Assembly: GCF_058153355.1 (NCBI RefSeq)
Contig: NZ_CM177019.1
Reading direction: 5' to 3' (one strand)
Length of the DNA: 64,000 nt
Made by a program: the position numbers and the translations under genes. The notes below the pieces were generated by a model that did not search any database, had not been told where the DNA came from, and saw only the letters and a list, made by a program, of their open reading frames with translations. Shown piece after piece: positions 55,055 to 64,000 of the stretch. Positions within the stretch are counted from its first letter, which is position 1. Each line of letters begins with the position of its first letter.

Positions 55055-55843
55055 ATGGCCTATCGTTCCGCACCGCTCTATGAAGATGTTATCTGGCGAA
55101 CGCATCTCCAGCCGCAGGATCCTGGACTTGCAGAAGCAGTACGGTCGACGATCGCAGAAAATCGTGAACATTTGCTGGAGTTTATCCGCCTGGATGAACC
55201 CGCCCCATTTAGTGCCCTGACGCTGGCGCAATGGTCATCACCGAATGCGTTAAGTTCTCTGTTAGCTGTTTATTCCGATCATATCTACCGCAATCAACCA
55301 ACGATGATCCGCGAGAATAAGCCGCTGATCTCCCTGTGGGCGCAATGGTACATCGGCCTGATGGTGCCGCCATTAATGCTGGCCCTGTTAACGCAGGAAA
55401 AAGCATTAGATGTGTCGCCGGAACATTTCCACGTTGAGTTTCACGAAACCGGACGCGCCGCCTGTTTCTGGGTCGATGTGTATGAAGATAAAAACGCAAC
55501 ACCACATTCACCGCAGCAGCGAATGGAAACGTTAATTAGCAAGGCGCTTGTTCCGGTTGTGCAAGCATTAGAAGCGACTGGAGAAATTAACGGTAAACTT
55601 ATCTGGAGTAATACCGGTTATTTGATCAACTGGTATCTGACTGAGATGAAACAGTTGCTCGGCGAGGCGACAGTTGAATCGCTGCGCCATGCCCTCTTTT
55701 TTGAGAAAACGCTCACTACCGGTGAAGATAATCCACTCTGGCGTACCGTGGTGCTGCGCGACGGCCTGCTGGTGCGCCGCACTTGCTGCCAGCGTTATCG
55801 CTTGCCGGATGTGCAGCAATGTGGTGACTGTACGCTGAAATAG
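55055..55843 (+). CDS. fhuF: ferric-siderophore reductase (2Fe-2S)
   Basis: 262 aa. C-terminal CCQRYRLPDVQQCGDC cluster motif. Confidence 0.9.
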   Translation: MAYRSAPLYEDVIWRTHLQPQDPGLAEAVRSTIAENREHLLEFIRLDEPAPFSALTLAQWSSPNALSSLLAVYSDHIYRNQPTMIRENKPLISLWAQWYIGLMVPPLMLALLTQEKALDVSPEHFHVEFHETGRAACFWVDVYEDKNATPHSPQQRMETLISKALVPVVQALEATGEINGKLIWSNTGYLINWYLTEMKQLLGEATVESLRHALFFEKTLTTGEDNPLWRTVVLRDGLLVRRTCCQRYRLPDVQQCGDCTLK

Positions 55844-55881
55844 AAAAATTTGCCGGGGAAGTAAACCCGGCATTAAGCGTA

Positions 55882-56559
55882 TTAATAGGGGTGCAACACG
55901 TTACTTGCTTCGCAATGACGCATACATAACAGAATGTCTGCGGCCTCCAACAACCCTGCATCAGAACTGACGCCCAGTTTCGACATTACATTAAATTTAT
56001 GCGCGCGGATCGTTTTGATATTGCGTTTAAGCTGCTCGGCAATTTGTGTCATTGAGTAGCCACGCGACATAAAGCGCAATATTTCTCTCTCCGTCGGGCT
56101 TAGCGTCCGGCTTTGGTTAATGTACCACTGATTGTTCAATCGGTCGGTCGCCTGACGCACACCATTTAATGACAAAAAGAGTTCCTGATGAAAAATCTCC
56201 AGCGTCGACGCTTTACTTAATACACCGTCCAGCGGTGATGGCGACAATGAACCAATCAGCCGAGCTTCAATATCATCATCCGCAATAACTAAACGGCGAG
56301 TACGCGGAAACTTAATCGCCAGTTCAGTCAGGCAAGATAATCCCTCTCTGCGTTTACTTCTCATGGCAGAAAAAGAAAAAATGACCGCCGCAAATGAGAT
56401 CCGCGACATGGCATCCTGAAATGACTCCTGACTGGTATAGATATGGAGCTTATAAGGGTTACCTGCAAACCTTCTGAATAAACTCTCAATACCGATACTG
56501 CTCATGACGCATTTTTCTATGAGTGCGACATTTCTCTTCTTAATTCGGCTGTGTTCCAT
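55882..56559 (-). CDS. bglJ: LuxR/FixJ-type transcriptional activator
   Basis: 225 aa. C-terminal Lux[40 protein letters not shown]. Confidence 0.9.
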   Translation of the reverse strand: MEHSRIKKRNVALIEKCVMSSIGIESLFRRFAGNPYKLHIYTSQESFQDAMSRISFAAVIFSFSAMRSKRREGLSCLTELAIKFPRTRRLVIADDDIEARLIGSLSPSPLDGVLSKASTLEIFHQELFLSLNGVRQATDRLNNQWYINQSRTLSPTEREILRFMSRGYSMTQIAEQLKRNIKTIRAHKFNVMSKLGVSSDAGLLEAADILLCMRHCEASNVLHPY

Positions 56560-57242
56560 TCTGCGGCATCTCCATAAACAGAAGGCAAGTTAAGTTCTCT
56601 TGCACCCTGCGCGCTATTTATCCATGCATACATTTCAGCGTTGCTGTGAATTGCCAGTCGACGCATCGCACTGTTTTTTTGGGCGCTGATAGTTTTATTA
56701 CTTTTCTTAAGCAATGAAGCTATCTGGTTGATGCCCCATCCTTTACCTAATAGCCGCAGCACTTTGCGCTCTGAAAGAGTGAGAATGACGGAGCGATAGC
56801 TAAAATCATGCGTTTCAGTCATTGCCGGAGAGGTCAGCATGGCGCTGATACGCTCTGCGTGCGTATTGCCAGAACGCACGGTCTTAACCAGATTCTCAAT
56901 GGGTTCAACATCAGACAATAATGTCGCCGTAGGGCACATGAGAAGTTCTACCGCCTGGGAATACCAGGAGCGTGACACCATGAAAACCCAGTGAATTTCC
57001 CGATATTGTGAGATTAAAGAATAATAATGTTCACAAACAAAACGTGGATCTTCACTTTCACCGGCTAAATCAGCAATGACTAATCCGGAACGACGTAATT
57101 GTAATAAAGTAAGGTCCTCCGCAGAGGCGCTGGATATTATTTTATATTCAGGGAAGTGAGTCCTCATGACCTCTTTTAACCCTGCTTGCATAACAGGTAT
57201 TTTACTGATAACAATTCCATTTTTGCAGCATCCTGGCAACAT
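56517..57242 (-). CDS. yjjQ: LuxR-type transcriptional regulator
   Basis: 241 aa. [34 protein letters not shown]. Overlaps the bglJ start. Confidence 0.9.
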   Translation of the reverse strand: MLPGCCKNGIVISKIPVMQAGLKEVMRTHFPEYKIISSASAEDLTLLQLRRSGLVIADLAGESEDPRFVCEHYYSLISQYREIHWVFMVSRSWYSQAVELLMCPTATLLSDVEPIENLVKTVRSGNTHAERISAMLTSPAMTETHDFSYRSVILTLSERKVLRLLGKGWGINQIASLLKKSNKTISAQKNSAMRRLAIHSNAEMYAWINSAQGARELNLPSVYGDAAEWNTAELRREMSHS

Positions 57243-57860
57243 ATTTCCTCCACATCCACTGTCTAAAAATCATGATGGTCTATTCAGGATATTCATTCCT
57301 TAAATGTTTCCAGCAAATTAATAGATTAAGCGAATAAATTATCCTTTGCATTCACTTTCATATCAGCATACTCCTGCTGCACAATAACTCCACTGCATGT
57401 GTCAGAAGGTTAGCATCAAATGATAACCTGGTGAAATAGCCTGGAGACATTTAAAATATCTACATTAAGTTGTTAGAAATACTTAATGAAAAACAGAATC
57501 TTCATTCATTTAATTTATAATTAACTGATATCCCTTCCCGCAGGATGCAAAATCACACAATCAATATTTATTCAATAAAATCTGATAGTTTTAACTTGTT
57601 AAAATTAAAAAACGCGCCCAGTTATCTTTTATCCTGATTCGTAAGGGCTAAACAATAAATTCATTATAGTGATAATATTCATGCGATAATTTGTTTGCGG
57701 CGAGAGATAATTCGCTTTTTAACACCGAGCTTCTCCCGATAACCAGGATTAATCAGCGCAATTTTGATCTTAACCTGCCGCAAAACAACCGCGCTTCATG
57801 ATACAAATGGATTCTCATTATCTGAACAATACGCAGCACGTCTATGACAAAGGGCGAATT

Positions 57861-59095
<1,235 letters not shown>

Positions 59096-59202
59096 AATTG
59101 CCTCACTTAAAGCACGCGGATGAGAGACAGCCTCCTCTCCTCCGTGTGTTACTATAAAAGTTATCTCCCTTCTCGTTCATCGTTCCATATTTGAGAAACA
59201 GT

Positions 59203-59742
59203 ATGTCTTCCAGAGTTTTGACCCCGGACGTCGTTGGTATTGACGCCCTGGTACACGATCACCAAACCGTTCTGGCAAAAGCTGAAGGCGGTGTGGTTGC
59301 CGTATTTGCTAACAATGCCCCGGCGTTTTATGCCGTCACGCCTGCGCGCCTGGCTGAACTGCTGGCGCTGGAAGAAAAGCTGGCGCGTCCAGGAAGCGAT
59401 GTCGCTCTGGACGATCAACTCTATCAGGAACCGCAAGCCGCTCCCGTTGCTGTACCCATGGGGAAATTCGCCATGTATCCGGACTGGCAACCCGATGCCG
59501 ACTTTATCCGCCTGGCGGCGCTATGGGGCGTGGCGCTAAAAGAGCCGGTGACCACCGAAGAACTGGCCTCATTCATTGCCTACTGGCAGGCGGAAGGTAA
59601 AGTCTTTCACCATGTACAGTGGCAACAAAAACTGGCGCGCAGCCTGCAAATCGGCCGTGCCAGCAACGGCGGACTGCCGAAACGAGATGTGAATACGGTC
59701 AGCGAACCTGACAGCCAAATTCCACCAGGATTCAGAGGGTAA
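59203..59742 (+). CDS. dnaT: primosomal protein DnaT
   Basis: 179-aa form [17 protein letters not shown]. Followed 2 nt later by dnaC. Confidence 0.9.
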   Translation: MSSRVLTPDVVGIDALVHDHQTVLAKAEGGVVAVFANNAPAFYAVTPARLAELLALEEKLARPGSDVALDDQLYQEPQAAPVAVPMGKFAMYPDWQPDADFIRLAALWGVALKEPVTTEELASFIAYWQAEGKVFHHVQWQQKLARSLQIGRASNGGLPKRDVNTVSEPDSQIPPGFRG

Positions 59743-59744
59743 CG

Positions 59745-60482
59745 ATGAAAAACGTTGGCGACCTGATGCAACGCCTGCAAAAAATGATGCCTGCCCATAT
59801 CAAACCCGCATTCAAAACGGGCGAAGAACTGCTGGCCTGGCAGAAAGAACAAGGGGCAATCCGCTCCGCCGCTCTCGAACGTGAAAACCGGGCGATGAAA
59901 ATGCAGCGCACCTTTAACCGCTCCGGTATTCGTCCACTGCATCAGAACTGCTCCTTTGAGAACTATCGCGTTGAGTGTGAAGGGCAGATGAATGCGTTAA
60001 GCAAAGCGCGCCAGTATGTCGAAGAGTTTGACGGCAACATCGCCAGCTTCATCTTTTCTGGCAAGCCAGGAACCGGCAAAAACCATCTGGCGGCGGCAAT
60101 CTGCAACGAGCTACTGCTACGCGGTAAATCCGTATTGATCATCACCGTGGCCGATATTATGTCGGCGATGAAAGATACCTTCAGGAATAGCGGTACCAGC
60201 GAAGAACAACTGCTTAACGATCTGAGCAACGTTGATCTGCTGGTGATCGATGAGATCGGTGTGCAGACCGAATCGAAATACGAAAAAGTGATCATCAACC
60301 AGATCGTCGATCGCCGCTCTTCTTCCAAACGCCCAACCGGAATGCTGACCAACAGTAATATGGAAGAGATGACCAAGTTGCTGGGCGAACGCGTGATGGA
60401 TCGTATGCGCCTGGGTAACAGTTTGTGGGTGATCTTCAACTGGGATAGCTACCGTAGCCGGGTAACGGGTAAAGAGTATTAA
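59745..60482 (+). CDS. dnaC: helicase loader DnaC
   Basis: 245 aa. Walker A GKPGTGKNHL and Walker B LLVIDEIG. Confidence 0.95.
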   Translation: MKNVGDLMQRLQKMMPAHIKPAFKTGEELLAWQKEQGAIRSAALERENRAMKMQRTFNRSGIRPLHQNCSFENYRVECEGQMNALSKARQYVEEFDGNIASFIFSGKPGTGKNHLAAAICNELLLRGKSVLIITVADIMSAMKDTFRNSGTSEEQLLNDLSNVDLLVIDEIGVQTESKYEKVIINQIVDRRSSSKRPTGMLTNSNMEEMTKLLGERVMDRMRLGNSLWVIFNWDSYRSRVTGKEY

Positions 60483-60520
60483 TCCCCGTTTCTGGCGGTA
60501 TACTGCGACACAATTCCACA

Positions 60521-61024
60521 TTGAGTAATAATGATAAAACTGTTAAACACCTTCTGTGCTGTGCCCTTGCCGCCAGCGCATTAATTTCCACCGGGGTGCA
60601 TGCTGCATCCTGGAAAGATGCGCTCTCCAGCGCCGCCAGCGAACTTGGCAACCAAAACAGCACGACACAAGAAGGCGGTTGGTCGCTCGCTTCATTAACT
60701 AGCTTGCTTAGCAGCGGGAACCAGGCCTTAAGCGCAGATAACATGAACAATGCCGCAGGCATACTGCAATACTGCGCCAAGCAAAAGCTAGCTTCGGTAA
60801 CCGATGCCGAAAACATCAAGAACCAGGTGCTGGAAAAGCTGGGCCTGAACAGTGAAGAGCAAAAAGAAGACACCAACTATCTGGATGGCATTCAGGGTTT
60901 GCTGAAAACCAAAGATGGTCAGCAACTCAATCTGGATAACATCGGAACGACTCCGCTGGCAGAAAAGGTGAAAACCAAAGCCTGCGATCTGGTGTTAAAG
61001 CAGGGGCTAAACTTCATTTCCTGA
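60521..61024 (+). CDS. yjjA: DUF2501 periplasmic protein (start uncertain)
   Basis: Signal-peptide-like LLCCALAASALISTGVHA. TTG start in the track. Confidence 0.75.
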   Translation: MSNNDKTVKHLLCCALAASALISTGVHAASWKDALSSAASELGNQNSTTQEGGWSLASLTSLLSSGNQALSADNMNNAAGILQYCAKQKLASVTDAENIKNQVLEKLGLNSEEQKEDTNYLDGIQGLLKTKDGQQLNLDNIGTTPLAEKVKTKACDLVLKQGLNFIS

Positions 61025-61277
61025 TCCGCGAAACGCCGCGTTTTAGCTGTTACCCGGCTGACGCGGCTCTCTCCTGCCCTTTTCCCTGCTCCTGGACGGT
61101 TTTCCCCCTGTTACACGGGAAGCGACCGTAATCAAAAAAGTCTGTTTATAAACTAATTCCTAACAACATCGCATTTTTTTGACACTAGAATTGCAGCAAT
61201 ATGGCGACGCCATTACATTGTGCTTCTCAAAAAGCTTAAACGTTGGCTAAACGGCCCGGTTTAGTGAGGATCGCCCG

Positions 61278-63569
61278 TTGTCAGAACTACTCTCTTTCGC
61301 CCTTTTTCTCGCCTCTGTGCTGATTTACGCATGGAAAGCGGGACGTAACACCTGGTGGTTTGCAGCCACGTTAACGGTGCTGGGGCTATTTGTCGTTTTA
61401 AATATCACCCTGTTTGCCAGCGACTATTTTACTGGTGATGGTATTAACGACGCGGTTCTCTATACCTTAACCAACAGCCTGACCGGTGCTGGCGTCAGCA
61501 AATACATCCTGCCGGGTATCGGCATTGTGCTGGGGCTGACGGCGGTGTTCGGTGCGCTGGGCTGGATCCTGCGCCGTCGTCGTCATCATCCGCACCATTT
61601 TGGTTACAGCCTGCTGGCGCTCTTACTGGCGCTGGGTTCGGTGGACGCCAGCCCGGCATTTCGTCAGATAACAGAACTGGTGAAATCCCAGTCACGCGAC
61701 GGCGACCCGGACTTCGCGGCTTATTATAAAGAGCCGTCGAAAACTATCCCTGACCCGAAACTCAACCTGGTTTATATCTACGGCGAAAGCCTCGAGCGGA
61801 CCTATTTTGATAACGAGGCTTTCCCGGATCTCACACCTGAACTGGGCGCGTTGAAAAATGAAGGACTGGATTTCAGCCATACGCAGCAGCTGCCGGGAAC
61901 GGATTACACGATTGCTGGCATGGTGGCTTCTCAGTGCGGCATTCCGCTGTTTGCTCCCTTTGAAGGCAACGCCTCCGCTTCTGTTTCCAGCTTCTTCCCA
62001 CAGAACATCTGTCTGGGCGATATCCTGAAAAACTCGGGTTATCAGAACTATTTCGTGCAGGGCGCGAATCTGCGTTTTGCCGGTAAAGATGTGTTCCTGA
62101 AGTCGCACGGCTTCGACCATTTATATGGCTCAGAAGAGCTGAAAAGCGTGGTGGCAGACCCACACTATCGCAACGACTGGGGATTCTACGACGATACCGT
62201 GCTGGATGAAGCGTGGAAAAAGTTTGAAGAGCTTTCCCGCTCTGGCCAGCGATTCTCACTGTTTACCCTGACGGTCGATACCCATCACCCGGATGGTTTT
62301 ATCTCGCGCACCTGTAACCGCAAAAAATATGATTTTGACGGTAAGCCAAATCAGTCATTCAGTGCGGTAAGTTGCAGCCAGGAGAACATCGCAACGTTTA
62401 TCAACAAAATCAAAGCGTCACCGTGGTTTAAAGATACCGTTATCGTCGTCTCGTCTGACCATTTAGCGATGAACAACACGGCGTGGAAATACCTCAATAA
62501 GCAAGATCGCAATAATCTGTTTTTCGTCATTCGTGGCGACAAGCCGCAGCAAGAAACGCTGGCGGTGAAGCGTAATACGATGGATAACGGCGCGACGGTG
62601 CTGGACATTCTCGGTGGCGATAACTATCTCGGACTTGGTCGTAGCAGTTTATCCGGGCAGTCAATGTCGGAAATCTTCCTCAATATCAAAGAGAAAACGT
62701 TGGCGTGGAAGCCGGATATCATCCGCCTGTGGAAATTCCCTAAAGAGATGAAAGAGTTCACCATCGACCAGCAGAAAAACATGATTGCCTTCTCAGGTAG
62801 CCATTTCCGTTTGCCGCTGCTGTTGCGGGTTTCAGACAAACGCGTGGAACCGCTGCCGGAAAGTGAATACTCAGCACCGCTGCGTTTCCAGTTGGCCGAT
62901 TTTGCTCCACGCGACAATTTCGTCTGGGTTGACCGTTGCTATAAGATGGCACAACTCTGGGCTCCGGAACTGGCACTTTCCACCGACTGGTGTGTCTCGC
63001 AAGGGCAGCTTGGCGGTCAGCAAATTGTCCAGCATGTTGATAAAACAACATGGAAGGGCAAAACGGCATTTAAAGATACGGTCATCGACATGGCGCGTTA
63101 CAAAGGCAATGTCGATACGCTGAAGATTATTGATAACGATATTCGCTACAAAGCCGACAGTTTCATCTTTAACGTCGCCGGTGCGCCAGAAGAGGTGAAA
63201 CAGTTTAGCGGGATTTCTCGTCCGGAGTCGTGGGGCCGCTGGTCCAACGCACAGCTGGGCGACGAAGTAAAAATCGAGTACAAGCATCCGCTGCCGAAGA
63301 AATTTGACCTGGTGATTACCGCCAAAGCATACGGCAATAACGCCAGCCGTCCTATTCCGGTACGCGTAGGCAATGAAGAACAAACCCTTGTGCTGGGCAA
63401 TGAAGTAACCACCACCACGCTGCATTTCGATAACCCAACCGATGCCAACACGCTGGTGATTGTGCCACCTGAACCCGTCTCAACCAACGAAGGGAATATC
63501 CTCGGACACTCGCCGCGTAAGCTTGGTATCGGCATGGTGGAAATTAAAGTGGTGGAACGTGAAGGGTAA
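61278..63569 (+). CDS. opgB: phosphoglycerol transferase I (OPG biosynthesis)
   Basis: 763 aa. N-terminal TM helices plus a sulfatase-type domain. TTG start. Confidence 0.9.
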   Translation: MSELLSFALFLASVLIYAWKAGRNTWWFAATLTVLGLFVVLNITLFASDYFTGDGINDAVLYTLTNSLTGAGVSKYILPGIGIVLGLTAVFGALGWILRRRRHHPHHFGYSLLALLLALGSVDASPAFRQITELVKSQSRDGDPDFAAYYKEPSKTIPDPKLNLVYIYGESLERTYFDNEAFPDLTPELGALKNEGLDFSHTQQLPGTDYTIAGMVASQCGIPLFAPFEGNASASVSSFFPQNICLGDILKNSGYQNYFVQGANLRFAGKDVFLKSHGFDHLYGSEELKSVVADPHYRNDWGFYDDTVLDEAWKKFEELSRSGQRFSLFTLTVDTHHPDGFISRTCNRKKYDFDGKPNQSFSAVSCSQENIATFINKIKASPWFKDTVIVVSSDHLAMNNTAWKYLNKQDRNNLFFVIRGDKPQQETLAVKRNTMDNGATVLDILGGDNYLGLGRSSLSGQSMSEIFLNIKEKTLAWKPDIIRLWKFPKEMKEFTIDQQKNMIAFSGSHFRLPLLLRVSDKRVEPLPESEYSAPLRFQLADFAPRDNFVWVDRCYKMAQLWAPELALSTDWCVSQGQLGGQQIVQHVDKTTWKGKTAFKDTVIDMARYKGNVDTLKIIDNDIRYKADSFIFNVAGAPEEVKQFSGISRPESWGRWSNAQLGDEVKIEYKHPLPKKFDLVITAKAYGNNASRPIPVRVGNEEQTLVLGNEVTTTTLHFDNPTDANTLVIVPPEPVSTNEGNILGHSPRKLGIGMVEIKVVEREG

Positions 63570-63644
63570 TTCCTGACTGATTTGTAGGTCGCATAAGGTG
63601 CGACCTACACACCTTCTCCGGCTCACAACACATTATTAAGAAAC

Positions 63645-63679
63645 AAAAAAAACAGCGCCCAACACTTCCCCGGACGCTG
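63645..63679 (-). terminator. rho-independent terminator after lgoD
   Basis: Minus strand: CAGCGTCC-loop-GGGCGCTG (8 bp including one G-U) followed by TTTTTTTT. Confidence 0.8.
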
Positions 63680-63703
63680 CATGGCAACTTTAATAATCTC
63701 GCC

Positions 63704-64000
63704 TTATAAGAAAGTAATTACACCCTTAATCAACTCACGATTGTTAATCACATCGCGCTCATAGGTTTCTGCCAGCGTGGCGAACGGATAGCGATGGGTT
63801 AACATCATGTAGGCAGTGATTTTTCCTTCCGCCATCAGTCGACCGACTTTAGCGAAATCTTCCGGCGTGGCGTTGCGGCTGCCCATCATCGTCGTTTCTT
63901 TTTTATGGAATTCCGGATCGGAGAACTGCAACTCACCTTTAAACAGACCGACAAATACCACCGTGCCGCCGTGACGAATCAGATTCACGGTGTTATTCAT
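63704..64000 (-). CDS. lgoD: L-galactonate-5-dehydrogenase, C-terminal 98 codons (5' end beyond window)
   Basis: The Zn-dependent alcohol-dehydrogenase-family C-terminus ...GGTVVFVGLF...KGVITFL matches YjjN/LgoD in context. Confidence 0.8.
   Translation of the reverse strand: MNNTVNLIRHGGTVVFVGLFKGELQFSDPEFHKKETTMMGSRNATPEDFAKVGRLMAEGKITAYMMLTHRYPFATLAETYERDVINNRELIKGVITFL

Noticed and set aside
57243-57860. 618-bp AT-rich ORF-free region between yjjQ and yjjP as a possible hidden element
   Set aside because: It is the native divergent regulatory region of conserved backbone genes, known to me as an H-NS-type AT-rich spacer. I found no repeats, RNA-like structure or coding signal.

Overview
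This window looks like an Escherichia coli chromosomal segment, reverse-complemented relative to K-12 (recognised from protein sequences, no search run). Gene order is deoA'-deoC / yjjI-yjjW / yjjV-yjjU-ytjA-osmY-prfC, then yjjG-rimI-holD / rsmC / leuQPV / yjjZ / fhuF / bglJ-yjjQ / yjjP-yjjB-dnaT-dnaC-yjjA-opgB / lgoD'. Two mobile insertions interrupt this backbone.

(1) A ~39.6-kb mosaic prophage at 9296..48862.
- It sits inside the 5' coding end of prfC. It replaces the first ~21 codons and leaves the native prfC 5' end orphaned at 48849..48913.
- Its modules are a P4-type integrase, a lambdoid immunity/early region (cI-S24, Cro, CII-like, O-like with iterons, RusA, Q), lambda-R-type lysis genes, an HNH-terminase-HK97 head module and a Mu/e14-like contractile tail.
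- The tail fibre sits on a Din-type invertible segment whose invertase has decayed.

(2) A full-length group II intron at ~51732..54090 (minus strand). It has an RT/maturase/HNH ORF and lies among REP elements between rsmC and the leuQPV promoter.

The most interesting unexplained loci are all in the prophage:
- an AT-rich orphan gene between xis and int, with an RHNFAAH (Rx5H, HEPN-like) motif;
- an AT-rich membrane-protein moron next to the lysis cassette;
- an SOS-wired circuit: three LexA boxes, a DinI-like gene, a LexA-box-controlled KilA-N/Ant-DUF968-Q unit and a LexA N-terminal-domain-only protein;
- a ClpX-type zinc-ribbon gene split by an A7 slippery run;
- a ~390-nt heavily structured non-coding stretch in the early-left operon.

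I saw no CRISPR array, rRNA or toxin cargo. All family assignments come from motif and sequence recognition without database searches.
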